DNA of 64,000 nucleotides from an uncultured Planctomycetaceae bacterium (GTDB lineage Bacteria; Planctomycetota; Planctomycetia; Planctomycetales; Planctomycetaceae). The translations under genes and the position numbers were made by a program. Location: the NCBI GenBank assembly GCA_963815195.1, contig CAWFGE010000017.1, positions 224,001 through 288,000 of the forward strand, given 5' to 3'. Within the stretch, counting starts at the first letter, position 1; the number at the start of each line of letters is the position of its first letter. Of the stretch, positions 18,130 to 28,082 are shown in pieces. Under the pieces are notes generated by a model that was not told the origin of the DNA, searched no databases, and saw only the letters and a list, made by a program, of their open reading frames with translations.

Positions 18130-18207
18130 TTAGCCGCCGGGGGGCACCGCCCGCAGGGTGGTCCGCCCCGGTTCATTCCATTAGCCGCCGGGCGCTAGCC
18201 CCGGTTC
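18130..18207. repeat. two direct REP-like units, family C; first carries a 22-nt insert
   Basis: TTAGCCGCCGGG[..]GCCCCGGTTC at 18130-18174 and 18181-18207. Confidence 0.75.
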
Positions 18208-18239
18208 CCAGAGACACATCAGCAATCAGGGGCAAGGGC

Positions 18240-19631
18240 ATGGCCGGTCGATTTTTGGGGATCACCGTTTTAGGGGACTACATTCTGAGCGAAGGCGTGG
18301 AGGCCGTGCTCGCGAACCTCCAGCGCGTGGGGGCGACGGCGGTGGCGACGAATCCCACGGTGACGGCTCCCGCCGAGGAAGGCACGGGCAGTTTTCAGCC
18401 GCCCATCGACGCCGGGAGCAGCCCCCGCGTCTTCGATCGGCCGCTGTTCGGGAAGACCGCGCTGTGGGTGCGGGGCGGCCCGAGCTATGTGCCGGACGCG
18501 AGCTTTTATCGAGACTCCCCCTACGGTCCCCGGCAGGCGAACGACCTCACGGCATCGCGGGGAACAGTCGTCGGCGAGTTCATCAAGGCCGCGCGAAACC
18601 GCGGGATCAAAGTCTATTTTCAAATCGGGGCCGCCCAGCCGTCGGGCTTGCGGGACGAGGATCGTCCCCGGCTGCCGAACGGCGAGTTGCCCGCCAACCG
18701 CGTCGCGGACACCGCCAACTTCGCCGCAGGTGCCGTCCGCGCTTACAACCGCGCTTATGTGCGGGACCTCATGGCCGCATATCCCGGTGTCACGGGATTC
18801 CGCCCCGATTGGCCGGAGTTTCCCTGTTACACCTTGGGGGAATGCTTTCAAGGCTTCGGCCCGCACGCCGAAGAATGGGCCAAACAGCGCGGATTCGATT
18901 ACGCCGAAATCCGCCGGGCGGTCAGCGAGCTTTATGAGTCGCTTCACGGCGGCGTCACGAACGCGATGCTCGAGCGGCTCTTGGAGAGTTCGTTTTCCCT
19001 GGAATCGCTGCCCGCGGAACTGAAAGATTGGCTGAGGCTCAAGCGGGAACTCTCCTCCGATCTGCTCGCGAACTGGCGGGAGATTCTGACGGAAGCCGGC
19101 GGCCCGGGGCTCGAACTCTCCGCGAACGCCTTCATGCCCGCCTATTCCGACCTGACGGGCTTTGACTTTTCGCGGGCAGGCGAGATTTGTGACGCGGTGT
19201 CTCCGAAGCTTTACACGATGCACTGGTCGCAGATGGTGGAGTTTTGGGGCCGGCCGATTCTCGAATCCAATCCCGCAATCGACGAACGTCTGCTGGTCGA
19301 TGTGTTGTGCCGTTTGATGGAAATTCATACCACCGCCGAGGTGGCCCTGCGGAAGTTTACGCTCGCCGACTACGGCTACCCGGCCCCCGACCAGCCGCAT
19401 CCGATTTCCAGCGAAGTTCAACAGCGAAAGATCGCCGAGGTGTGCGGGAAGGTGGGCGGCCGGGCGCTGGTCACGCCGCTGGTCCACGGCTACGGACCGC
19501 TCGAAGATTTCGAACGCCGGCTCAAATTGGTGGCGGAGACCCAGGCGGACGGCATGTGGATCAACCGCTACGGTTACCTCAGCGACGAAAAGCTCGAAGT
19601 CATTTCAGAGATTTGGAACCCCGGACCATGA
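18240..19631 (+). CDS. hypothetical protein, probable glycoside-hydrolase-like TIM barrel
   Basis: Long ORF with alternating beta/alpha pattern (GIKVYFQI, GFRPDWPEF, AVSPKLYTMHW, GMWINRYGY); fold is inference. Confidence 0.7.
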   Translation: MAGRFLGITVLGDYILSEGVEAVLANLQRVGATAVATNPTVTAPAEEGTGSFQPPIDAGSSPRVFDRPLFGKTALWVRGGPSYVPDASFYRDSPYGPRQANDLTASRGTVVGEFIKAARNRGIKVYFQIGAAQPSGLRDEDRPRLPNGELPANRVADTANFAAGAVRAYNRAYVRDLMAAYPGVTGFRPDWPEFPCYTLGECFQGFGPHAEEWAKQRGFDYAEIRRAVSELYESLHGGVTNAMLERLLESSFSLESLPAELKDWLRLKRELSSDLLANWREILTEAGGPGLELSANAFMPAYSDLTGFDFSRAGEICDAVSPKLYTMHWSQMVEFWGRPILESNPAIDERLLVDVLCRLMEIHTTAEVALRKFTLADYGYPAPDQPHPISSEVQQRKIAEVCGKVGGRALVTPLVHGYGPLEDFERRLKLVAETQADGMWINRYGYLSDEKLEVISEIWNPGP

Positions 19632-20330
19632 CGCTTGATAAAATCCAGGACATCCTCCGACAGACGTTGGACGATCATCGCCTATCCCGAAGCGAGAAAC
19701 GGGCGCTCGAAGATGTGCTGGCGGACGCCGTCGGCAGCGAGCACGAGATGGCGGTCTGCCGGAGCGCCGCGTTCGAGTTGGCCCGCGAGAGCTTTAACGA
19801 TGCGGAGGCGGGCGAGGTGCTGAATTGGCTCGAAGAGGTCGTCAAGGTTTTGCAGCTCCCGGAGGAGTCCGCGCGGCCCGCGCGGGCGGAATGCCATTTC
19901 AGCCCGGGCGATAATTGCCCCCGCCGGATCAGCGGCTTGTTCGCCGCCGCCCGAACTTCCGCGGACGCGTGCGTATACACGATCACCGACGACCGCATTT
20001 CCGACGCGATTCTGGACGCCCATCGCCGCGGCGTGGCCGTGCGGATCATTACCGACAACGAGAAAGCCTTCGATCCGGGTTCCGACATCGTCCGCCTGGA
20101 GCAGGCCGGCGTGAGCATCCGCGCCGATCGATCGCCGTACCACATGCACCATAAGTTCGCGATCTTCGACGCCGAACTGCTGCTCACCGGCAGCTACAAC
20201 TGGACCCGCGGGGCGGCGGAGAACAACCAGGAAAACCTCGTGTTGACCGACGACCGCCGGCTGCTCGAACCATTCCGGGAGGTGTTCGAAACGCCTCTGG
20301 AAAGAGTTCTCATCAGCCGCTGGGCGTTAG
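19628..20330 (+). CDS. phospholipase D-family (single HKD, Nuc-like) protein; 3' frameshift
   Basis: HMHHKFAIFD...TGSYNWT..A..NNQENL; ATGA overlap with upstream gene; removing one A near 20290 gives FERLWKEF and stop at 20328-30. Confidence 0.85.
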
Positions 20331-20339
20331 CCCACGGTT
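20312..20339. repeat. REP-like palindrome, family C
   Basis: ATCAGCCGCTGGGCGTTAGCCCACGGTT; near match to the reverse complement of 38854-38880. Confidence 0.6.
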
Positions 20340-23109
20340 ACGTCAAATGGCCGGGTTGGGGTTGGGGGAGTTCGGTGCCGGGGAGTGCGGGGGCCGGGGC
20401 GAGTTCCTGTTGCGACTGGGCGATTGTGCGTTCGATGATCGTGCCCAACGGTCCCGCGAGCATGGCGGGGAGCATCACGAGATCAGCCACGAGCGCGGCG
20501 GCGATCAAGGCCGCCATCAGCCAGCCAAACCGGCTGACCAACAGCAACTCCGCCGAGTAGAGCATCAGCAAACCGATGCCGACGGCCATGCTGGTCTGCC
20601 AGAGGGCCGGGCCGCAATGCCCGAGGGCTTGGGCGATCGCCTCGCGGCGGGGCAGGCCGTCGATGATGCCCTTGCGGTACCAGGTCAACAGGTGCAGGGT
20701 TCCGTCCACGGCGATGCCGAGCGCCACGGATGCGGTGATCATCGTGCCGATGTCCACCGAAATCCCGGCCCAGGAAATCAGGCCGAAGACCATCCCGATG
20801 GGCAGCACGTTGGGGATCATCGTCATCAACCCCGACAGCGGATTTTTGAGCAGATAGATCATAATCAGCCCGATGAGGATGAACGCCACGCCGAAGCTGA
20901 CGATCAGGCTGCGAAGCACGGCTTGCTGAGTTTGCAGGAACAAAGGCACCATCCCGGTGACGAGAAACTCGGCCCCCTGCTGTTTGCCGAGCACCGATTG
21001 CACCATTGTGTTGAGTTCGCCGGGCTTTTGCAGCGGATGGGTCCAATCGCCGGTGAGGTCGGCGTAGTTGAGGTCCGACATGATCGCGACCTGGGCGGTG
21101 ATCCGCCAGACTCGTCGCCGGCTTCCGCCGTGAAGCGTTTGCCGCCGAGCTTTTCGAGCATCTTCGGCTCGCGGACGACGGCGAGCAGCGCCCCCGCCCC
21201 GGGGATTTCTCCGTTCTTGATGCGTTTTTCGGCTTCCCACTGTTTGCGGTGGGCCTGGATTTTCTGAAAGGTGTCTTCCTTGGGAGCGACGTCTGCGAAT
21301 TTCATAAAGTCGGCCAGCGACATCGTGCCGCTGATTTCGGAATGCCGGCGAATCTTGTCGCTGATGCGGTCGATCAGGTTCCGCCGGTCGGCGAAGGTCA
21401 AGCGTTCCTGCGACGCCTTGTCGAAGCGGACGATCACATCCACCGGCACGATGCCCGACAGGTTTTCTTCCAGGTAGTCGTAATCCTGGACGACCCGCTT
21501 GTCGTCGGGGAAATACCGGATGACCTTGGTCTCGGTGCGGAAATTCGCCAGCCCCGCGCAGCAGACGATATAGGTCAGGATCGAAACCCCGGCGACGGGT
21601 TTCCAATGATCGCTCAGATAATAGGCAATGTGCTTCCAGCGTTCGTGTTCGGTCTCGGCCGATTTTTGGGCCTTGCCCGGCCAGTATTGCAGCATCGCGG
21701 GCAAGGCGTACAACACGACCACGAGCGAAATCAGACACCCCACCGCGGCGTAAAATCCGAAGTCGCGGACGGGCGAGAGGTTGCTGGTGGTGAGAGACAT
21801 CAGCCCGACCGCCGTGGTGATGCTCGCCAATGCGCACGGTTGGCGGGCCATCTTGCAGGCGTTGACGATGGCTCTTTGCGGATTGTCCAAAGCCGCGTGC
21901 TTCCAATAGTTGGCTACGTGAATCGCCGCCGACAAGGTGAGCACCGACAGCAAGCTGGGCATGCAGACCAAAACCATGTTCATGCTGCCCCGCGTGAGCG
22001 GAACCAAAGCCACCGTCAACAGCACAGTGAAGTTGGCGGCGACGAGCACCAGAATCGCCAAACGGGCGCTTCGCAACATGACGAACGCCAGGACCACGCC
22101 GATGAGGGCCGAGAAAAACAACGGCGAGCGCTTGTGGAATTTCCAGATCGGATAATCGCGGTTCCAAAAGGCTTTCTTGACGCCTTGGTTCAGTTCGTTC
22201 CCCACGACCGGGCCGCCGCCGAGCCGCAGTTCCTCGCGGGGAATGCCCGCGGCTTCGGCACAGCGATAGATGAGGGCGAGGGTTCGCGGCATCTTCCGCC
22301 GGCCCCCGTAAGACACCGCGACCCCCAAAGCCGCGGGCGTGCCGGGCTGGAAGAACTCGTCTTCCGCGACGGGCTCGCTTCCGCCCAGAGACTTCACCAA
22401 GGCGATCACCTCTTTTTCGTGCTCGCGTTTGGTGTGCATCCGGGGCCATTCGACCGCGAAATCGTGCGGAGCGGGAACCGTCCATTCCGAGAGCAGCGGC
22501 CGTTCGTCTTCTTCTTGGGGCTGGGCTTTTTCCTTCGCGGCCATGCGATCGCTTGGGAGCAGAATCGTCAAATCCAGCCCCAATTCGTCATGGGCCCGGC
22601 GGACCAGGTCTTCAATGATCTGCTCTTTGTGGGGTTTGGCGGCGTCCGTCAGCCGAACTCGGAGTGGACCGCACCGATCAACACGCCGGTGAGACGGTCG
22701 AGGGCGGTGTTTTGATCCATGCCGCCTTTGAGCATGCGATCGAACACGTCCTGCGGGGAGACGACGCTGGCAATTTCCTTCCGCGTTGGGGAGGTGGCTC
22801 GGATTCCCCGCCGCTGGCAGGCTGGGCGGAGCCTTTGAGTTGGGCCTCCAACTTCGCCAGTCGCGGGTCGGTCAACGAGCTGCCGTTCCAACTGATGAGC
22901 AGCCGCTCTTCCTGGGGAAAATAATCGTGGGCCCAATCGAGAATCTGGGCCTGCGGATCGTCATCGGGCAGCCAACTTTCCACCCGGTTTTCCAAGTGGA
23001 TGTTATCGCAGGACCAAATGGCCAGTGGGGTGAGAAATGCCATCCCCACGAGGATCCAAAGGCCGTATCCGTTGCCCCAGACGTCTCGTTTTTCAAAAAA
23101 ATGTGCCAT
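20338..23109 (-). CDS. MMPL/RND family transporter; three frameshifts
   Basis: Pieces in ORFs 22678-23109, 22649-22936, 20904-22583 and 20338-22485 join near 22785, 22668 and 21110; motifs [28 protein letters not shown]. Confidence 0.85.
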
Positions 23110-23490
23110 TTTCGATGGTATCGACGATTGCCCCGAAAAATATGATTCGGAAACAGAGAGACCTTCTCCGACCTGAGATCACGATTTCGGGTTCTGCCGA
23201 TTAAATAAAAAGGGAGGGACAATCAAGATCGCACAAATGACGTTGGCTCTATTCAAGCCGACTTTGCGGATGCCGATTGCGGGGAATTTCCGGCCTCGAA
23301 AAATCACACAGGAGGAGCGCCCTGATGAGTTTGCCCGGTCACATCTTGCCAACAACCGCTCCGACGTTGTTCCAACAATGCGAGGAAAAAAATCAGGTTA
23401 GGGGAATTGGGAGAGACTGTTTGGGTGGGTTTTGTGGGAATTGTGAAGGAACCTTAGCGCGTCGTCAAGCGAAATCAGGAATTTCCCCGG

Positions 23491-24279
23491 CTATTCGGGG
23501 TGAAAACCTTCCACCAATTCTTCTTCCCATTCGTTCAGCAGGGGCCAGTCCACGGCACAGGTGCCGAAGTCCGCCATGTGTTGGTAGGATTCGAGGCGTT
23601 CGATGGTTTTGGTGAGTTGCGCGTCGTCTTTCCGGAAAATCGGCCCGTGGCTGGGCAGGAGCCATTCCACGTCGCTTTCGCGAATCCGCTTGAGTGAGCG
23701 GATGAAGTCGGGCAGGTCGGAGCCGTGGTGGGCGTCGATGTTGCCCACGCAGCCGTCGCGGTAAATGTTGTCGCCGCTGAACAACAGTTTCTCCAACCGA
23801 AATGAAAGCTGCGACGGCGTGTGCCCCGGCGTATGCCAGACCTCAAGCTTCACCTCGCCCAGTTCGAGCACATCCCCTTCGGTGATGGTGCGGTCGAACT
23901 CGATCTTGGGCAGGCTGATCGAGATGTCCTGGGCCGAGATCTCGGCATAGGTCAGAATCCGGTCCCCTTTGATCAGAGCCTCGGCCGCATCGGGATGACC
24001 CACAATCTCGGCCGACGGCAACAACTCCTTGGCTTTCTTCAAACCCTGAATGTGGTCCACGTCCGCGTGGGTGGCCACCAGATACCGGCAATTCGCCAGA
24101 GGAAAATCCATCTGCCGGATCATCTCGATGATCTCGGAGACCGTGTCCTCGTAGCCAATATCGATTAAGAGCCATTGGGAGGCCTCGTTGAATACCAGAT
24201 AGACGCAGCACCCCAAGCGCCGGCGGGCCTGGTAATTCATCTCAATCACATGGGGAAACACTTCCCGACGTGGTTCCAT
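23491..24279 (-). CDS. MBL-fold metallo-hydrolase
   Basis: THADVDH, TPGHT, FSGD, LPSHG. Confidence 0.92.
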   Translation of the reverse strand: MEPRREVFPHVIEMNYQARRRLGCCVYLVFNEASQWLLIDIGYEDTVSEIIEMIRQMDFPLANCRYLVATHADVDHIQGLKKAKELLPSAEIVGHPDAAEALIKGDRILTYAEISAQDISISLPKIEFDRTITEGDVLELGEVKLEVWHTPGHTPSQLSFRLEKLLFSGDNIYRDGCVGNIDAHHGSDLPDFIRSLKRIRESDVEWLLPSHGPIFRKDDAQLTKTIERLESYQHMADFGTCAVDWPLLNEWEEELVEGFHPE

Positions 24280-24512
24280 GACCCGCGACTCCCAATCTCA
24301 AAAAATCCTCCGCACAATCATTCACTGACGGATTCTATGTGGACCGCTTGAGGCAGGCAAGCATATCCAGGGGTTTCCATGCGTGTCTCACAAAAATCGG
24401 CAAAGCAACCCGCGGGCGGGCCGGACTTTCCACGTTTTTCTTGAAGCGGGCGCTCCAATCCAGGATAACAGCCCAGACGCGTGGACATTTTGGGAGAAAG
24501 TTAAACCGAGAC

Positions 24513-25163
24513 ATGAACACCCCGATGGATTTGTATTGCGAGCGGTGCGGGCCGGGTTTTTGGGCCGAGCCTTTGAATGCGCTTTCAAATGTGGCGTTTT
24601 TACTCGCGGCGGCCGCGGCCTGGCAGGGCGCCCATCGCCGCGGAACGCTCTCCCGCGACGTCGCCCTTTTGATCGGATTGGCGGCGACGGTGGGCGTCGG
24701 AAGTTTTCTGTTTCACACGTTCGCCACGCGGTTGACGATGTATCTCGACGTGATTCCCATCCTGGTGTTCCAAGTGGCTTTCGTCTGGGTTTATGCCCGC
24801 CGGCTGATGGGTTGGCCTCCGTCGGCGGTGTGGGCGGCTCTGCTCGGATTGCTCGCGGCTTCGCTGGCGGGCTTATGGTTCCGCGGCGCTTTGAATGGTT
24901 CCCTGGCCTACGTCCCGGCGTGGATGTTGCTGGCGGCCTTGGGAGCCTATCACGCGACTCACGCGGAACGAAAACCCTGGCAAATGCCGGCCGCGGCTGT
25001 TTTGGTGCTCATCGCTTTGGCATTCCGCACCATCGACCTGGCGGTCTGCGACCTTGTCCCCACGGGCACCCATTTTCTTTGGCATCTGATCAACGGCCTG
25101 GCCTTTTATCTCGTGCTCGAAAGCGTCATCCTGAATATTGCCCCCACCGACCCACTTTCGTAG
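24513..25163 (+). CDS. ceramidase-domain (CREST superfamily) membrane protein
   Basis: YCER...AEPLNALSN, GSFLFH, GTHFLWH; about 7 TM. Confidence 0.85.
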   Translation: MNTPMDLYCERCGPGFWAEPLNALSNVAFLLAAAAAWQGAHRRGTLSRDVALLIGLAATVGVGSFLFHTFATRLTMYLDVIPILVFQVAFVWVYARRLMGWPPSAVWAALLGLLAASLAGLWFRGALNGSLAYVPAWMLLAALGAYHATHAERKPWQMPAAAVLVLIALAFRTIDLAVCDLVPTGTHFLWHLINGLAFYLVLESVILNIAPTDPLS

Positions 25164-25220
25164 CGGCGGCTTCCAGCCGCCGAGATCGATTCACGGCGGC
25201 AAGATGCCGCCGTTACGTTG
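25154..25220. repeat. REP doublet (REPIN-like), family B
   Basis: Near-identical to the reverse complement of 62521-62586; its TAG (25161-63) is the ceramidase stop codon. Confidence 0.85.
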
Positions 25221-25248
25221 TTCACGGATTTGCCGCGCAGGTCTGAAA

Positions 25249-26205
25249 ATGCTTTCCACCCGAAGAAAATCCTTTGTGCAACCCGGCATCTGGTTCCTGT
25301 TATGCAGCGGGCTGTGCCGATGCGGGTTGGCGGAACCGCCGGGGATCGAAATTCGCCACCCAATCACGTACCGCCTAAAAATCTCGATGCGAATCTCCGC
25401 GGAAAAGAAACCCTTGAGCCGAGTCGCCGCCACCTGCCCGATTCCGGTGGATTGGCGGGAACAGAAAGCGAAGCTCCTCAGCGAGAAAAAGCCGGACGGC
25501 TCGAAGTCCCGCGAGCGAACCGTGGACGGCATGGGGGCCCTGTGGGTGTGGGAATGCCCCAAACTTGCCGCGGGGGAATCGGTCGCGGCCGAACGAATCT
25601 ATGAGATCACGCGGTTTGAGGTCGTTTGCAAATTGAACCCCGAGACCCTGAAACGCCCGCCGATCGTTCCCCGCAACCTGCGGGATTTTCTCCGCGACTC
25701 GCCCGGGATTGAGATGGGCGATTCCGATCTCAAGGCGCTCGCCGAGAAACTCGGCGGATCGGAGAAACCCCCGTGGGAGTTCGCCGTCGCCGCCCGGGAT
25801 TGGATTCGTCAGCACACCAAGTATCAACCCGGCCCGTACCGCGGCGCGAAATATGCCTTCGAAGAGCGCCGGGGCGATTGCGAAGACCTCTCGGCCCTGT
25901 GGATCGCCCTCTGCCGAATCTCCAAAATCCCCGCCCGCACCGTCTGGGTGGAAGGGCACGCCTATCCCGAGTTCTACCTGGAAGACGGCGAGAAACGGGG
26001 CGACTGGATCCCGGTGGAACTCCACGGACCGGAAGCCTTCGGGCGGATTCGACAGTTCCAGCCCATCTTGCAAAAGGGCGACCAATACCGCGACCCGGCG
26101 ACCCGGCAGCGGATCCGCTACCTGCCCCAACAAGCCACGGCCTTCGGAGGCCTGCCCAAGCTTCAAGTCACGCGAACGGTTCTCCGCGAGAAGCCCGCCG
26201 AGTGA
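25249..26205 (+). CDS. transglutaminase-like domain protein
   Basis: GDCEDLS (Cys), GHAYPEFY (His), WIPVE; signal-like N-terminus. Confidence 0.85.
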   Translation: MLSTRRKSFVQPGIWFLLCSGLCRCGLAEPPGIEIRHPITYRLKISMRISAEKKPLSRVAATCPIPVDWREQKAKLLSEKKPDGSKSRERTVDGMGALWVWECPKLAAGESVAAERIYEITRFEVVCKLNPETLKRPPIVPRNLRDFLRDSPGIEMGDSDLKALAEKLGGSEKPPWEFAVAARDWIRQHTKYQPGPYRGAKYAFEERRGDCEDLSALWIALCRISKIPARTVWVEGHAYPEFYLEDGEKRGDWIPVELHGPEAFGRIRQFQPILQKGDQYRDPATRQRIRYLPQQATAFGGLPKLQVTRTVLREKPAE

Positions 26206-26214
26206 GCCGTAGGC

Positions 26215-26397
26215 TCAGCAACTCGCATCGGAGAGATTCGCGGGCGCGGCGGCGGCGTGGGCGTCCGCGTTTCGCCGGGATTGGTGGAGTTCCCACTCCA
26301 AACGCGTCACCCGGCTTTGCAGTTCCTTGACCTCGGCCCGCAGGCGGTCCATTTCCAAGGATTCAAAGTGTTCCTGAATCTGATGGGTCGTCAGCAT
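26215..26397 (-). CDS. small coiled-coil hypothetical protein
   Basis: MLTTHQIQEHFESLEMDRLRAEVKELQSRVTRLEWEL; GGGAG RBS; alternative start at 26421; own promoter candidate. Confidence 0.55.
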   Translation of the reverse strand: MLTTHQIQEHFESLEMDRLRAEVKELQSRVTRLEWELHQSRRNADAHAAAAPANLSDASC

Positions 26398-26485
26398 CTT
26401 CAGCTCCCTTCCCTGGGGCATGAATTCCCGCAAATGGTCAGACGTTCTTAAAGCAAACAATTTGCGATGAGGGGCATCATACCTT

Positions 26486-26513
26486 CTCCCAGAGTCGGGT
26501 CAACAGCAAGCGG
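26486..26513 (-). promoter_or_regulatory. putative sigma-70 promoter
   Basis: TTGACC-16 nt-TATGAT on the minus strand upstream of the small ORF. Confidence 0.4.
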
Positions 26514-26590
26514 GCCGACTGGCGAGACTCGCTGGTAAGTCGTTCCGCAAAACCGGGTTGCGATTGTGTCTCGTAATGCACGTTGCATGA

Positions 26591-26896
26591 CTATCCCCAC
26601 TCCCGACACCGGGCGAGCGAAGCCAAATCCTCGAATACCAGAGTGTACGGCATCTGGGGGTCGGATTCCTGGGACCATGTCAAATGGACTGTCGCATATC
26701 GCCCGTCGTCGAGTTGAAAGACGACATCGTCGGGATGTCTTCCGACTGCCTTCGCGATGACGGACTTTCCGAAAAGGACATGACCCGCCGGGACTTCACG
26801 AGCCAATTCCGCCTTAAGAGACTGGCAATGGTCCTGATCGGAGAGATTCGTCCAATAAGGCGGCCAAATTTCGTCGGGCGGTTGTAATTCGGTCAT
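26591..26896 (-). CDS. hypothetical protein (YAxVHLTW-type)
   Basis: AELAREV..GHVL...DDVVFQL...YATVHLTW; starts 4 bp after the kinase stop. Confidence 0.65.
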   Translation of the reverse strand: MTELQPPDEIWPPYWTNLSDQDHCQSLKAELAREVPAGHVLFGKSVIAKAVGRHPDDVVFQLDDGRYATVHLTWSQESDPQMPYTLVFEDLASLARCREWG

Positions 26897-26900
26897 ACGA

Positions 26901-27737
26901 TTAGCCCGCTCGTGAAACCGCGGCCTCGGGATTTTCCGACCGGGACGTGAGGCCCGCGGGAGCATCGGCCAGCGGGAGCTTGAGCGTGAACGTCGTGCCT
27001 TTGCCCAGCGTGCTTTCCACGCGAATCCGGCCTTTGTGGGACTCCATCACTTCCCGGCACAGCGCCAAACCGAGCCCGGTGCCACCTTGCCCCTGCGCGT
27101 CGCGGTCCTTCGTCGAAAAGAACGGCTCGAAAATCTGGCGGAGCTTGTCCGGAGCAATCCCCGCCCCGCTGTCGGCCACGCGGACTTCGCCCATGCGGAG
27201 CGCGGCATCCTCCCCGATCGTGAGATTCAAAGTCCCGCCTTCGCCCATCGCCTGCCGGGCGTTGATAATCAAATTCAAAACCACCTGCTGGATCTGATTG
27301 GCATTCACCATTACCCAAGGCTGGCTCTGGCATTCGAGGTTCCAACGGATGCGGTGCACCTGCAAATCTTTCTCGACCAAGACGAGTACGTCCTGAACAA
27401 GCGAATGCAGGGCCACGGCTTCCCGGCGGTCGGCTTGCCGGCGGGCGTACGAGAGCATCCCCGTCGTGATTTTCGAAGCCCGCTGGCCGGCGGCGAGGAT
27501 TTTCTCAAACGCCCGCTCGCGCGTCTTGGCATCCTGATGCCTGAGCCCCATCTTGGCGTAGTTGATCACCGTCATCAGGATGTTGTTGAACTCGTGCGTG
27601 ATCGACGACGCGAGCGCCCCCACGGAACTCAGCTTCTGCGTCTCCAAGAGCTGCCGTTTGAGCTCGGCGATCTGATTCTGCAGTTCGCGGGCGTCGGGAG
27701 TGGCTGATTGGAGAGGTTTTTCGCTGGCGTCCTTCAT
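26901..27737 (-). CDS. cytoplasmic histidine kinase with no sensor domain
   Basis: H-box THEFNNIL, N-box NLIINARQAM, DSGAGI, FEPFFSTK, GTGLGL. Confidence 0.92.
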   Translation of the reverse strand: MKDASEKPLQSATPDARELQNQIAELKRQLLETQKLSSVGALASSITHEFNNILMTVINYAKMGLRHQDAKTRERAFEKILAAGQRASKITTGMLSYARRQADRREAVALHSLVQDVLVLVEKDLQVHRIRWNLECQSQPWVMVNANQIQQVVLNLIINARQAMGEGGTLNLTIGEDAALRMGEVRVADSGAGIAPDKLRQIFEPFFSTKDRDAQGQGGTGLGLALCREVMESHKGRIRVESTLGKGTTFTLKLPLADAPAGLTSRSENPEAAVSRAG

Positions 27738-27880
27738 GGAATGCTCCGCCCATCCTGGCAAAAGTTTCGCGGTTTGGAGAAATACGAGTCCATGTTTTGG
27801 TATCGGAGCCAAAAGCCGGCTGACTCCAATCCCGTCAAAATCGTCCCTCCTGCGCAAACCAGGCAGGGCAGACAAAAGAA

Positions 27881-28059
27881 CTGTAAAAAAGAGCCGCGCA
27901 CTGTAAAAAAGAGCCGCGCACGAAGTAAGCGGTTGACATCGTCCGCTTACTTCGTGCGCGGCTCTCCTGATCGTGGGACATCGTCCGCTTACTTCGTGCG
28001 CGGCTCTCCTGATCGTGGGACATCGTCCGCTTACTTCGTGCGCGGCTCTCCTGATCGTG
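27881..28059. repeat. family A REP with tandem duplications (2 x 20 bp, then 3 x 42 bp)
   Basis: CTGTAAAAAAGAGCCGCGCA at 27881 and 27901; GACATCGTCCGCTTACTTCGTGCGCGGCTCTCCTGATCGTGG at 27935, 27977 and 28019 (last copy 41 bp). Confidence 0.9.
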
Positions 28060-28082
28060 AAATTATTTGCAGACGTTCCAGC

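Noticed and set aside
27935..28059. Possible CRISPR array
   Set aside because: The three 42-bp units are identical with no unique spacers, derive from a REP arm, and no cas genes are present.
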